This document shows positions 54,921 to 64,000 of a stretch of 64,000 bases of DNA, piece after piece. A program made the translations under genes and the position numbers. The first letter of the stretch is position 1. Each line of letters opens with the position of its first letter. The notes below the pieces were generated by a model. The model saw nothing but the letters and a program-made list of their open reading frames with translations, made no database searches and was not told where the DNA came from. Source of the DNA: an uncultured Actinomycetota bacterium (GTDB taxonomy: Bacteria > Actinomycetota > Actinomycetes > JACCUZ01); the NCBI GenBank assembly GCA_963726615.1, contig CAVSCX010000006.1:67343-131342 (forward strand), written 5' to 3'.

Positions 54921-55310
54921 TCAGCTGGTGGTCTCGTCGTGCGGGCGGCAGGAGTGGGTGGTCTCCGGGTGCTGCAGGCACGCGTCGGCCTCCTCGACCG
55001 AGCTCACCAGGCCCAGCCGCTCGGCCAGCCCGGTGATCTCCAGCACCCTGCGGACAGCGGCGCCGCGGCTCACGACGTGCACCGAACCGCCGAGGGTGAT
55101 TGCCCGCTCCCGGGCGCGGACCAACGCGTTGACCCCGCTGGAGTCCATGAAGGTGACGTCCTGGGCGTCCACGACGAGGTGGATGCCGTCCCGGTTGAGC
55201 GCGGCGAGCATCTCGTCGCGCAGCGCGGGGGCGTTGGCGAGGTCGACCTCGCTCGGGAGGCGGACGATGGTCGAGCCCGACGACGAGGGCAGCGAAGCAT
55301 CGACGGCCAT
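54921..55310 (-). CDS. STAS-domain anti-sigma-factor antagonist (SpoIIAA-like)
   Basis: STAS signature (LVVDAQDVTFMDSSGVNALVRARER) with the conserved phosphorylatable Ser. ATG at 55310. Confidence 0.75.
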   Translation of the reverse strand: MAVDASLPSSSGSTIVRLPSEVDLANAPALRDEMLAALNRDGIHLVVDAQDVTFMDSSGVNALVRARERAITLGGSVHVVSRGAAVRRVLEITGLAERLGLVSSVEEADACLQHPETTHSCRPHDETTS

Positions 55311-55443
55311 GAGAACTCCTGAGGGTGGTGGTGCGGGCACACCGGTCTGCCTCAGTGCACCCCGAGGATAGGTCGCGACCGAACGACCTGCAACACGTGC
55401 GGGGCGGGTGGGGCGGGTGGGGCGGTGGGAGTCGCGCGCCGGG

Positions 55444-57135
55444 TCAGTGCTCGGCGGGCAGGTGGCGCCGGGACTGGACCATGCGGAACCGGCTCGCGAC
55501 GAACGCCGCGTCGGTCAGTGCGCTGTTCGCCGCCGGGTTGGCGCCGGTCGCGTGGAAGTCGCTGAACGCCGCCGACTGGTTGACGTAGACGGTCTCGGTG
55601 AGGTTCTCCGACAGCGCGACGCCGGCGTCGAGCGCCGCGTCCTCCGTGGCCTCCAGCACCTTCTCGTCGGTCGAGTAGACGGCGGCGGTGATCGCCCCCT
55701 GCTCGCGGACGGAGCTGCGCAGCAGCTCGACCGAGTCGGCCGTGCTCCCCGTGGTGACCAGGAAGGCGACCGGGCCGAAGCACTCCTGCAGGTACGTGCC
55801 GGTGTCCGCGGCGTCCACCTTGACGATGGTGGGTGTCCGCACTGTCGCGTCCGGGAAGTCCGGGTGGGTCACCGATCGGCTCGCGAGCAGCACCTCGCCG
55901 TACGACGGCGCCTTGTCCAGCCGCTCGAGGACGCCGCCGTTGACGATGGCCCCGAGCAGCGCCGTGGCACGGGTGTCGTCGCCGAGCAGGCCGTCGACGG
56001 CAGCGGCCAGGTCCGCCGCGAACTCCTCGACCGACCTGTGCTCGCCGTCGGCGGTGATGCCGTCGTGCGGGACCAGCAGGTTCTGCGGCGTGGTGCACAT
56101 CTGGCCGCTGTAGAGCGACAGCGAGAAGGCGATGTTCGCCAGCATCCCGCGGTAGTCGTCGGTGGAGTCGACCACGACGGTGTTGACGCCGGCCTTCTCG
56201 GTGAAGACTGCCGCCTGGTGGGCGTTCTGCTCGAGCCAGGTTCCGAACCCGGTCGAGCCGGTGTAGTCGACGACCTTCACCTCGGGCCGCAGCGCGAGCA
56301 CCTTGGCAAGGCCCTCGCCGGGCTGCTCGGCGGCGAGCTGGACGAGCTCGGGGGAGAAGCCGTTCTCGGCGAGGACGTCGCGGGCGACCTGGACAGAGAT
56401 GGCGAGCGGCAGGACCGCCCCCGGGTGCGGCTTGACGACGACCGCGTTGCCGGTGACCAGGCTCGCGAACAGGCCCGGGTAGGAGTTCCAGGTCGGGAAC
56501 GTGTTGCAGCCGATGACCAGCGCGACCCCACGGGGCACGACGGTGAAGGTCTTCGACATCCGCTGCGGCGGCCGCTTGCCCTGCGGCTTCTCCCACGTCG
56601 CGCTCGGCGCATGCCGCGTCATCTCGGCGTAGGCGTAGGCGATCGCCTCCAGCGCCCGATCCTGCGCGTGCGGTCCGCCCGCCTGGAACGCCATCGCGTA
56701 CGCCTGGCCGGACGTGTGCATCACGGCCTGCGCCATCTCGTGGCTGCGCGCGTTGATGCGGGTCAGGATCTCGATGCCGAGCTCGGCGCGGGTGTCCGGG
56801 CCTGCCGCGCGCCAGGCCGGGATCGCGGCGGTCGCGTCGGCCATCAGCGCGTCGACCGGCTTGTGCGGGTAGCTCGTGCCGAGGTCCAGGCCGTACGGCG
56901 ACCGCTCGCCCGCCACGCCTCCGTCGGAGCCGCCCTGGTCGAGCGGGAAGGGCGTGCCCAGGTAGGTCTCGAAGGCCGCCTTGCCCTCGGCGGCGGACTG
57001 CGTCCCGGGGGTCGCCTCCTCGCCGTAGGCCTTGAGGTTCTCGGGGTAGGCGGACCAGTAGCTGCGCTCCCGGATTGCGGTGAGCGCTCTTTCGAGGGTC
57101 TCGCGGTGGGCGGTCTGCGCGATGCTCGTCGTCAT
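55444..57135 (-). CDS. paaN: Aldehyde dehydrogenase family protein (PaaN-like ring-opening/phenylacetate-pathway type)
   Basis: 563 aa ALDH fold (GSTGFGTW, catalytic C in YSGQMCTTPQN) with an N-terminus resembling PaaN (MTTSIAQTAHRETLERALTAIRERSYWSAYPE). The 1080-aa ORF in the track is an upstream extension. Confidence 0.7.
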   Translation of the reverse strand: MTTSIAQTAHRETLERALTAIRERSYWSAYPENLKAYGEEATPGTQSAAEGKAAFETYLGTPFPLDQGGSDGGVAGERSPYGLDLGTSYPHKPVDALMADATAAIPAWRAAGPDTRAELGIEILTRINARSHEMAQAVMHTSGQAYAMAFQAGGPHAQDRALEAIAYAYAEMTRHAPSATWEKPQGKRPPQRMSKTFTVVPRGVALVIGCNTFPTWNSYPGLFASLVTGNAVVVKPHPGAVLPLAISVQVARDVLAENGFSPELVQLAAEQPGEGLAKVLALRPEVKVVDYTGSTGFGTWLEQNAHQAAVFTEKAGVNTVVVDSTDDYRGMLANIAFSLSLYSGQMCTTPQNLLVPHDGITADGEHRSVEEFAADLAAAVDGLLGDDTRATALLGAIVNGGVLERLDKAPSYGEVLLASRSVTHPDFPDATVRTPTIVKVDAADTGTYLQECFGPVAFLVTTGSTADSVELLRSSVREQGAITAAVYSTDEKVLEATEDAALDAGVALSENLTETVYVNQSAAFSDFHATGANPAANSALTDAAFVASRFRMVQSRRHLPAEH

Positions 57136-57153
57136 GCTCCGTAACCTAACGGG

Positions 57154-58065
57154 GTGGACAGGGAGCAGCCCGACGGCGCCGGCGTCGTGCTGCTCGACGG
57201 CGGCTTCGCGACCGAGCTCGAGCGGCGCGGCCACGACCTGTCCGACGACCTCTGGTCGGCCCGGCTGCTGGTCGACGACCCGGCCGAGGTCAGGGCGACA
57301 CATCTGGCGTTCTTCCGGTCCGGCGCCCGGGTCGCCACGACAGCGAGCTACCAGGCGTCCTTCGCCGGCTTCGCGGCTCGCGGCATGTCGCGGCAGGGCT
57401 CGGCGGCACTGATGCGGCTGTCGGTGACGCTTGCGCGCGAGGCCGCGTCGCAGGCAGAGGCCGAGGACGGCGTCCCGCGGCTGGTCGCCGCCTCGATCGG
57501 GCCGTACGGCGCGGTTCTGGCCGACGGCTCGGAGTACCACGGCTCGTACGGAGTGTCCGACGGCTACCTGCGGTCGTTCCACGCCGAGCGGCTCGAGGTG
57601 CTGGCGGCCGCCGGCGCCGACCTGCTCGCGGTCGAGACCGTGCCGTCGGAGCAGGAGGTGACGGTGCTGCTCGACGTCCTGTCGACGCTCGGCCCGGCTG
57701 TGCCCGCCTGGCTGTCGTTGACCTGTGCCGACGACGAGACGACCCGCGCGGGGGAGCCGGTGGGGCGGGTGTTCGGGCTGACGCGTGGACACGACGCCGT
57801 CCTCGCGGTCGGGGTCAACTGCACCGCACCGCCGTACGTCGAGGCGCTGGTGTCGGCCGCTGTCGCCGCGTCCGGCAAGCCGGCTGTCGCGTACCCGAAC
57901 AGCGGCGAGTCCTGGGACGGCGAGACGCGGACCTGGGGCGGCGACGGTGCCGTCGTCGACCTCGAGCTCGCCAGGCGCTGGGTCTCGGCCGGCGCCCGCT
58001 ACGTCGGTGGCTGCTGCCGGGTCGGCTCCGCCGACATCGCTCGGCTGGCGGCCGGTCTGTCGTGA
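57154..58065 (+). CDS. mmuM: Homocysteine S-methyltransferase
   Basis: Pfam HCY-domain features (LLDGGFATELERRG, GVNCTAPPY, C-terminal zinc-binding GGCC). Confidence 0.85.
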   Translation: MDREQPDGAGVVLLDGGFATELERRGHDLSDDLWSARLLVDDPAEVRATHLAFFRSGARVATTASYQASFAGFAARGMSRQGSAALMRLSVTLAREAASQAEAEDGVPRLVAASIGPYGAVLADGSEYHGSYGVSDGYLRSFHAERLEVLAAAGADLLAVETVPSEQEVTVLLDVLSTLGPAVPAWLSLTCADDETTRAGEPVGRVFGLTRGHDAVLAVGVNCTAPPYVEALVSAAVAASGKPAVAYPNSGESWDGETRTWGGDGAVVDLELARRWVSAGARYVGGCCRVGSADIARLAAGLS

Positions 58066-58252
58066 CCGTCGTCCACGGCTGACGGTCGCAGATCGCTCAC
58101 GGATCCGTTGCTCCGCCGTTCGCGTCGACCGGGCGGTCCCGGCCCGACCACGGCGACGTGCCCGGGCACGACCAGGGAGCCGGCGGTTCTGCCGGCTCCC
58201 TGGTGTCGACCACACGAGCCGTGGTCGACGGGGCGGGAGGGGGTGGGGCGAC

Positions 58253-59056
58253 CTACTTGATCTCGGACCGCAGCACGAGGCGCAGCCCGACGACCAGCGG
58301 GAGCACCAGCCAGACCGCCTCCGTGACGGCCAGCTGGGCCCACTCCTGCCCGGTGACCGGGCTGCCGATGGTGAACAGCGCGGACTGGGCGGCGTTGACG
58401 TCGACCCAGGGCTGCAGGTCCTGGAACCCTGCCTGGCGGGTGGCCAGGAGCATGAGCAGGGTGGGCTGGACGAAGGAGATGACGAAGTACGCCACCAGCG
58501 CTGCGGCGGAGCTGCGGAGCAGCACACCGATCGCGAAGCCGCCCATAAGCCCCAGCACGTTGCCGAGCACGATGTGCGCGGCGTCGGCCAGCGACACGTC
58601 CCACACGGTCGGGGTGCCGGTGATCGCCGTCCCCACGACGTTGCCGACCGCGCCGATCGCCATCGCCAGCAGCATCGAGGCGACACCGATGCCGATCGCC
58701 GCGACCGCCTTGGCCAGGACGACCCGGCCTCGGTGCGGGACCAGCGTGAAGGTCGTCAGCCCGCTGCGCTGACTCCACTCGCTGGTGACGGCCAGGATGG
58801 CGACCATCGGCAGGATCACCGCCGTGGGGAAGCCGACCGCCGACCCGAAGCTGGCGTAGGTCAGCTCCTCGTCGGGCGCGTAGAGGATCACCGCCCCGGT
58901 CGCGATGACAGCGGTCGCGGCGATGCTGGCCATCAGCCAGAACCCGGACCTGGTGTCGAACATCTTGCGGACCTCGACCGAGGTCAGCCGCGAGAGCGGC
59001 ACGGGGCGGACGGCGACTGACTCTCGCCTGGTGCTCTCGACTGCGATGGCGGTCAT
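58253..59056 (-). CDS. ABC-2-type transporter permease
   Basis: Six predicted TM helices. Translationally coupled to the upstream ATPase (overlap at 59053-59056). Confidence 0.7.
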   Translation of the reverse strand: MTAIAVESTRRESVAVRPVPLSRLTSVEVRKMFDTRSGFWLMASIAATAVIATGAVILYAPDEELTYASFGSAVGFPTAVILPMVAILAVTSEWSQRSGLTTFTLVPHRGRVVLAKAVAAIGIGVASMLLAMAIGAVGNVVGTAITGTPTVWDVSLADAAHIVLGNVLGLMGGFAIGVLLRSSAAALVAYFVISFVQPTLLMLLATRQAGFQDLQPWVDVNAAQSALFTIGSPVTGQEWAQLAVTEAVWLVLPLVVGLRLVLRSEIK

Positions 59057-59952
59057 GCCGCTGCTCCGTCTCTCTGGGTCTCTGCGGTGAGCTCGAGGAA
59101 CATCTCCTCCAGGCCCGCGCCACCGGCGGCGCGCAGCTCGGTGACGGCCACTCCGGCCGCCAGTGCGATCTTTCCGACCAGCTCCGGGCTGGCCTCGACG
59201 CGCAGCGTGCCGTCGTCGTGCGAGGTCGGCGCGAGGCCGGCCGCCTCGAGGGCTCGCGAGAGCTCGGTCGTGCGCACGGCCCCGACGAGCGTGCCGGCGG
59301 CTCGGAGGAGCTCGTCCTTCGTGCCGTGCGCGACGATCCGGCCGTTGCCGATCACGACGATGTCGTCGGCGACGATCTCGATCTCGTGCAGCAGGTGCGA
59401 GGACAGGAGCACGGTGCCGCCCCGGTCCGCGTAGCCGCGAAGGAGGTCTCGCATCCAGCGGATGCCGGCCGGGTCCAACCCGTTGGCCGGCTCGTCGAGG
59501 ATGAGGACCCGGGGGTCGCCGATCAGTGCGGTGGCGATGCCGAGCCGCTGCCGCATCCCCAGCGAGTAGTCGCGGACCCGGCGTTCCGCCTCGCGCCCGG
59601 TCAGGCTGACCAGGTCCAGCATCTCGTCCACGCGACGGCCGGGCAGGCCCATCGTCCGCTGGGCGATGGTGAGGATCTCGCGCCCGGTCCGACCGGCGTG
59701 CTGCGCCGACGCCTCCAGCAGCACGCCAACCTCCAGTCCGGGGTTGGGGAGGTCCCGGAAGGCGCGGCGGGCGATGGTGACGCTTCCGGATGTGGGCGGG
59801 GTCAGGCCGACGAGGATCCGCATGGTGGTCGACTTGCCGGCGCCGTTAGGCCCCAGGAACCCGGTGACGCGACCCGGCCGGGCTGTGAAGGAGATGTCGT
59901 CCACGGCTCTGAACCCGCCGTAGGTCTTGGTGAGTGACTCGACTGTGATCAT
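59053..59952 (-). CDS. ABC transporter ATP-binding protein
   Basis: Walker A (GPNGAGKST), ABC signature (LSLGMRQRL) and Walker B (LILDEP). ATG at 59952. Confidence 0.85.
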   Translation of the reverse strand: MITVESLTKTYGGFRAVDDISFTARPGRVTGFLGPNGAGKSTTMRILVGLTPPTSGSVTIARRAFRDLPNPGLEVGVLLEASAQHAGRTGREILTIAQRTMGLPGRRVDEMLDLVSLTGREAERRVRDYSLGMRQRLGIATALIGDPRVLILDEPANGLDPAGIRWMRDLLRGYADRGGTVLLSSHLLHEIEIVADDIVVIGNGRIVAHGTKDELLRAAGTLVGAVRTTELSRALEAAGLAPTSHDDGTLRVEASPELVGKIALAAGVAVTELRAAGGAGLEEMFLELTAETQRDGAAA

Positions 59953-60059
59953 GGTGACAAGCGTCGTGCGGACGCGGGTGGGGCGCATCGGTGACGTCCC
60001 CTGAGCCCTCCCGGGTCGTACCCCGGCTCCGGCTCAGGGTCCACCCCGGGAGCCGAGCG

Positions 60060-60704
60060 TCAGGCGAGCCGGCGGCGGCCGCGGAGGCGTTCGTCGAGCA
60101 GGTGTGCCGCGGCGGCCAGACCGAGGAAGAAGACTGCGACCGCGGCGGCGTTCAGCAGTACACGTGGCCATCCGTTGTCGGCGACGTCGAGGAACGGGTA
60201 GAGCGAGAAGCCGCCGGAGGCCCGCTGCAGGCTGAGCGCGAACACCAGCCAGGCCAGTGGGAACAGGGCGGCCAGCTGCACGACCCGCCACGACGTCTTC
60301 CCGCGCGGCCCGAAGACCAGCCACCCGAGCACGCACAGGATCGGGGCGAGGGTGTGCAGCAGGAAGTCGGCCGTCCTCGCTGCCCCGTCGAGGTCCTGGA
60401 GGTCCTTGAGTGCCAGTCGGAAGACGACGAAGGTCACCGTGATGCAGAGGACCCCGTCGAGCCGCAGCACCCAGAGCCACTCTGGCTGACGTCGCACCCG
60501 ACCGGCGAGCACCAGGCTCGTGACCATCACGAGGATGTTGGACTGCACGGTGAAGTACGCGAACACGCTGAGGACCCGGCCCCGGTCGGAGTCGAAGAAC
60601 CCGGAGTCGAGCGAGGCGGTGGCGACGAGCTGCACGACGATCCCGACGGCCACGACGACCGCCGTCGCCGCGAACCAGAGTCGGGCGACGACCGGCTTGA
60701 GCAC
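60060..60704 (-). CDS. Integral membrane protein (Pr6Pr/DUF-type, six predicted TM helices)
   Basis: Hydrophobic 214-aa reading frame (VLKPVVARLWFAATAVVVAVGIVV...). GTG at 60704. It occupies the 3' portion of a long ORF that is otherwise antisense to argS. Confidence 0.5.
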   Translation of the reverse strand: MLKPVVARLWFAATAVVVAVGIVVQLVATASLDSGFFDSDRGRVLSVFAYFTVQSNILVMVTSLVLAGRVRRQPEWLWVLRLDGVLCITVTFVVFRLALKDLQDLDGAARTADFLLHTLAPILCVLGWLVFGPRGKTSWRVVQLAALFPLAWLVFALSLQRASGGFSLYPFLDVADNGWPRVLLNAAAVAVFFLGLAAAAHLLDERLRGRRRLA

Positions 60705-60803
60705 GGGGGGAGCGTACGGTGCCCGGCCGCCGCGGGCCGCCGAACGACCCCGTCGACACCCGAGGGTCGACCGGTCGGCCCTCGGCCGGCGGTCATCGCG
60801 GTG

Positions 60804-60877
60804 GGTGCCCCCGGCAGGATTCGAACCTGCGCCACCGCCTCCGGAGGGCGGTGCTCTATCCCCTGAGCTACGGGGGC
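60804..60877 (-). tRNA. tRNA-Arg (anticodon CCG)
   Basis: Cloverleaf: acceptor GCCCCCG/CGGGGGC, D-arm GCTCAGGGGATAGAGC, anticodon stem CCGCC/GGCGG with loop CTCCGGA, T-arm GCAGGTTCGAATCCTGC, discriminator A. Confidence 0.85.
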
Positions 60878-60959
60878 AGCGTCGGGGTATGGCGAGGATC
60901 GAGGTTATCAGTCTGCCAAGTCCACCTCGGCCCGCGTCCGGCGCGGCTAGCCTCCGCCC

Positions 60960-61403
60960 GTGACCGAGGACACCACTGTCAGCGCCGCCGGCGCCTCGGA
61001 AGTCGCGGACGGCTCCATCCCCGGTGGCCGCCGACGGGTTCTCGTCGTGGATGACAGCGCCGTGATCCGGACCCTGATCACGGTGAACCTCGAGCTCGAG
61101 GGCTTCGAGGTGGTGCAAGCGATCGACGGGCAGGACGCGCTGGCGAAGGCCCTCGAGGTTCAGCCCGACGTCATGACAATCGATGTGGTCATGCCGCGGC
61201 TGGACGGCTTCGACGCCGTCGAGCGGATCCGGGCCCACCCACGAACCCAGGACCTCAAGATCGTGATGGTCACCGCTTGTGCGCAGGAGGCAGACCTGCG
61301 CCGCGGTGACGAGGTCGGGGTGGACGCCTACGTCACCAAGCCTTTCGACCCGAGCGCGCTGGTGCGCACCGTCCGCGACCTGGTGGAGCAGCCGACCACC
61401 TGA
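60960..61403 (+). CDS. Stand-alone response-regulator receiver (CheY-like) protein
   Basis: Receiver fold (RVLVVDDSAVIRTLI...VMTIDVVMPRLDG...VYVTKPF) with no output domain. GTG start. Confidence 0.8.
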   Translation: MTEDTTVSAAGASEVADGSIPGGRRRVLVVDDSAVIRTLITVNLELEGFEVVQAIDGQDALAKALEVQPDVMTIDVVMPRLDGFDAVERIRAHPRTQDLKIVMVTACAQEADLRRGDEVGVDAYVTKPFDPSALVRTVRDLVEQPTT

Positions 61404-61448
61404 GAGATACGGCGGGGCGGGGTGCCGACCGGTCGATAGCCTGCACGC

Positions 61449-63101
61449 GTGACTCCCGCCGAGCTCGCCTCCGCCGTCCGGGCTGCCGTGCAGGCCGCTG
61501 TCGACGAGGGCGCGCTCGCTGTCCCCGTCCCGGCCGAGGTCAAGGTCGAGCGTCCCAAGGTCAGGGAGCACGGCGACTACGCCACCTCGGTGGCGTTGCA
61601 GCTGGCGAAGCCGGCCGGCCGGGCGCCCCGGGAGGTCGCCGAGCTCGTGGCCACCCGGCTGCGGGAGGCAGCCGGCGTCGCGCAGGTGGACGTCGCCGGA
61701 CCGGGCTTTCTCAACATCACCCTCGACTCCGCCGCCCAGGGCGAGCTGGCTCGCACTGTCGTGAGCGCGGGGGCGGCGTACGGAAGGACCACGACGGTTG
61801 CCGGCCACCGGTTCAACCTGGAGTTCGTGTCGGCGAACCCCACCGGCCCGCTCCACCTCGGTCATGTCCGCTGGGCCGCTGTGGGCGACGCCCTCGCACG
61901 GGTGCTCGAGGCTGCTGGTGCCGACGTCACCCGCGAGTACTACTTCAACGACGCCGGCGTCCAGATCGACCGGTACGCCCAGTCGTTGATGGCGGCGGCG
62001 AAGGGAGAGCCGACGCCGGAGGACGGGTACGGCGGCGACTACATCGGTGAGATCGCCGCCCAGGTCGTGGCCCGGCACCCCGACGTCCTCGGGCTGGACG
62101 GCGCGGCCGCCCTCGCAACGTTCCGTAGTGACGGCCTGGACCTGATGTTCGAGGAGATCCGCCAGTCCCTGGCGGACTTCGGCGTGCGCTTCGACGTCTA
62201 CTTCAACGAGAAGGACCTGCACGACAAGGGTGAGCTGACGGCTGCGCTGGATCGGCTCACCTCGGCGGGGCACGTGTTCGAGAAGGACGGCGCGACCTGG
62301 CTGCGGACCACCACCTTCGGTGACGACCGCGACCGGGTGCTGGTGCGTACCAACGGCGAGCCGACGTACTTCCTGGCCGACTGCGCCTACTACCTCGACA
62401 AGCGAGAGCGGGGCTTCGACCGCGTCGTCATCATGTTGGGTGCCGACCACCACGGGTACGTGGGCCGGTACAAGGCGCTGGCCGCGGCGTACGGCGACGA
62501 CCCCGACGTCAACCTCGAGATCCTCATCGGCCAGCTGGTCAACCTCTTCAAGGACGGCAAGCCGCTGCGGATGAGCAAGCGCGCAGGCACCACAGTGACG
62601 TTGGAGGAGCTGGTCGAGGCGATCGGTGCCGACGCCGGTCGCTACGCGTTGGGCCGGTTCTCCACCGACAGCCCGATCGACCTCGACCTGGACGCCTGGG
62701 CACGGCGGACGAACGACAACCCCGTGTACTACGTGCAGTACGCGCACGCCCGGGTGGCCAGCCTGCTGCGCAACGCGGCCGACCTCGGTGTGGACAAGGG
62801 CGAGCTGCACCCCGAGCTGCTCGACCACGACCGTGAGGGCGACCTGCTCGGCGCGCTGGGGGAGTACCCGAGGGTGGTGGCCACCGCGGCCGAGCTGCGT
62901 GAGCCGCACCGGGTCGCCCGCTACCTCGAGCAGCTCGCGGGCACCTACCACCGGTTCTACGACGACTGCCGGGTGCTGCCCCGCGGCGACGAGGAGACCA
63001 CCGACGTGCACCGGGCCCGGCTCTGGCTGGTCGAGGCGACCCGCACCGTGCTGGCCAACGGTCTGGGCCTGCTCGGGGTCACCGCGCCGGACCGGATGTA
63101 G
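61449..63101 (+). CDS. argS: Arginine--tRNA ligase
   Basis: Class I HIGH-type motif ([13 protein letters not shown]), KMSK-type region (LRMSKRAG) and a DALR anticodon-binding C-terminus. Confidence 0.9.
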   Translation: MTPAELASAVRAAVQAAVDEGALAVPVPAEVKVERPKVREHGDYATSVALQLAKPAGRAPREVAELVATRLREAAGVAQVDVAGPGFLNITLDSAAQGELARTVVSAGAAYGRTTTVAGHRFNLEFVSANPTGPLHLGHVRWAAVGDALARVLEAAGADVTREYYFNDAGVQIDRYAQSLMAAAKGEPTPEDGYGGDYIGEIAAQVVARHPDVLGLDGAAALATFRSDGLDLMFEEIRQSLADFGVRFDVYFNEKDLHDKGELTAALDRLTSAGHVFEKDGATWLRTTTFGDDRDRVLVRTNGEPTYFLADCAYYLDKRERGFDRVVIMLGADHHGYVGRYKALAAAYGDDPDVNLEILIGQLVNLFKDGKPLRMSKRAGTTVTLEELVEAIGADAGRYALGRFSTDSPIDLDLDAWARRTNDNPVYYVQYAHARVASLLRNAADLGVDKGELHPELLDHDREGDLLGALGEYPRVVATAAELREPHRVARYLEQLAGTYHRFYDDCRVLPRGDEETTDVHRARLWLVEATRTVLANGLGLLGVTAPDRM

Positions 63102-63122
63102 CACCAGGACCGGGCCGCCACC

Positions 63123-63878
63123 GTGGACCTCAACGCCGACCTCGGCGAGGAGCTCGACGGCGCACGCACCGACGACGACGGGCTGGTCGGGGTGGTCACC
63201 AGTGCCAACATCGCGTGCGGCTTCCACTCGGGCGACCCGCCCACCATGCGCCGTGTCAGCGCGCTCTGTGTCGAGCGCGGCGTCGCGATCGGCGCCCAGG
63301 TGTCCTACCGCGACCGCGAGGGGTTCGGGCGCCGGTTCGTCGACGTCGACCCCGGCGTGCTCGCCGACGACGTCCTCGAGCAGGTCGCGACCCTCGACGC
63401 CCTTGCCCGCTCCGTCGGCGGTCGGGTGACCTACGTCAAGCCGCACGGGGCGCTCTACCACGCGGTCGGCCACCACGAGGAGCAGGCGGCCGCTCTGGTC
63501 GCAGGGGTGCGCGCCTTCGGCGACGACCTGTGCGCGCTCGGGCTTCCGTCGTCGCGCTGGCTGTCCCTGGCCGAGCGAGCCGGGCTGCGGCCGGTGCACG
63601 AGGCGTTCGCCGACCGGGCCTACGCCGCCGACGGCACCCTGGTCCCGCGCTACCGGCCGGGTTCGGTCCTCGACGACGCGGCCGAGGTGGTGGCACGCAG
63701 TGTTCGTCTGGCTACAGACGCCGAGGTCGTCGCGACCGACGGCACCGTGCTGCGGGTGGTGGCCGAGTCGCTCTGCATCCACGGCGACACTCCCGGTGCC
63801 GTCGCTCTCGGGCGGGCGGTGCGCGACGCGCTGCGCGCCGTCGGTGTGGTTCCGGCGCCGTTCGCGCCGCCCGGGTGA
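63123..63878 (+). CDS. pxpA: 5-oxoprolinase subunit A (LamB/YcsF family)
   Basis: N-terminal DLNADLGE..., NIACGFHSGDP and HGALYH motifs of LamB/YcsF. Confidence 0.8.
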   Translation: MDLNADLGEELDGARTDDDGLVGVVTSANIACGFHSGDPPTMRRVSALCVERGVAIGAQVSYRDREGFGRRFVDVDPGVLADDVLEQVATLDALARSVGGRVTYVKPHGALYHAVGHHEEQAAALVAGVRAFGDDLCALGLPSSRWLSLAERAGLRPVHEAFADRAYAADGTLVPRYRPGSVLDDAAEVVARSVRLATDAEVVATDGTVLRVVAESLCIHGDTPGAVALGRAVRDALRAVGVVPAPFAPPG

Positions 63879-64000
63879 GCCCGGTGCGCCTCCTTCCCTG
63901 CGGCGACGCGGCCGTCCTCGTCGAGGTGGCCGACCTGGACGCCGCGCTCGCCCTGCACGCGGACCTCCGGGCGCGCCCGCCGTCGGGGATGGTCGACGTC
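63875..64000 (+). CDS. pxpB: 5-oxoprolinase subunit B (KipI/allophanate-hydrolase-subunit-1 family). The 3' end lies outside the window.
   Basis: GTG overlaps the pxpA stop (GTGA). The N-terminus VSPVRLLPCGDAAVLVEV... is typical of KipI/PxpB. Confidence 0.6.
   Translation, partial: MSPVRLLPCGDAAVLVEVADLDAALALHADLRARPPSGMVDV

Noticed and set aside
57136-58686. Upstream extension of the PaaN-like ALDH ORF (the 1080-aa version)
   Set aside because: The extension is antisense to mmuM and to an ABC permease and has no ALDH similarity. The ALDH N-terminus (MTTSIAQ...) at 57135 matches family starts.
60804-60877. tRNA as an integration hotspot or genomic-island border
   Set aside because: I found no integrase, recombinase, direct repeat of the tRNA 3' end or phage-like genes nearby. 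The neighbours are housekeeping genes.
60705-63782. 5' part of a 1240-aa ORF on the - strand, antisense to argS/pxpA
   Set aside because: argS and pxpA are strongly supported on the + strand. The long antisense frame is a high-GC open-frame artefact. Only its 3' end (60060-60704) looks like a real membrane protein.

Overview
This is a high-GC (roughly 70%) actinobacterial chromosomal segment with dense coding on both strands. I found no transposases, integrases or CRISPR arrays.

Housekeeping and metabolic genes include biotin synthesis (bioD-bioB), Ni-superoxide dismutase with its maturation peptidase (sodN/sodX), malic enzyme, a SulP sulfate permease, the fused E1/E2 2-oxoglutarate dehydrogenase (kgd), an acyl-CoA dehydrogenase, argS next to a tRNA-Arg(CCG), pxpA/pxpB, mmuM, and a PaaN-like aldehyde dehydrogenase. 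There is also a group-2-like sigma factor followed by a four-gene operon: an ACAD-like protein, a PIG-L deacetylase, a methyltransferase and a GT2 glycosyltransferase.

The most unusual region is about 20 kb (25.6-45.2 kb). It encodes a roughly 2,350-aa secreted multidomain beta-helix protein that is split by an apparent frameshift. It also encodes two adjacent cupredoxin proteins whose copper-ligand motifs complement each other like a split multicopper oxidase, and a third cupredoxin/Ig-like protein. A small membrane protein, a CopC-CopD fusion, a subtilisin-like S8 protease and an RR/HK two-component system follow.

Three proteins in this locus (the giant protein, the cupredoxin-Ig protein and the protease) end in the same roughly 250-aa tandem-repeat C-terminal domain. 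Each copy sits behind a poly-proline linker and ends in ...AFDVP/AFDLR. I do not recognise this domain.

Separately, a 36-bp inverted-repeat element (CACGATGTATCG-N12-CGATACATCG(C/T)G) occurs twice: next to the RBS of a DUF4097-PadR operon and upstream of a 42-codon arginine-rich ORF. This points to a small PadR-controlled regulon.

Other regulatory-looking structures are tandem GntR-type palindromes, an ArsR/MFS divergent operator, a triple GATCC-N5-GGATC palindrome cluster, a 20-bp perfect palindrome upstream of the giant gene, and a 14-bp x6 tandem repeat.
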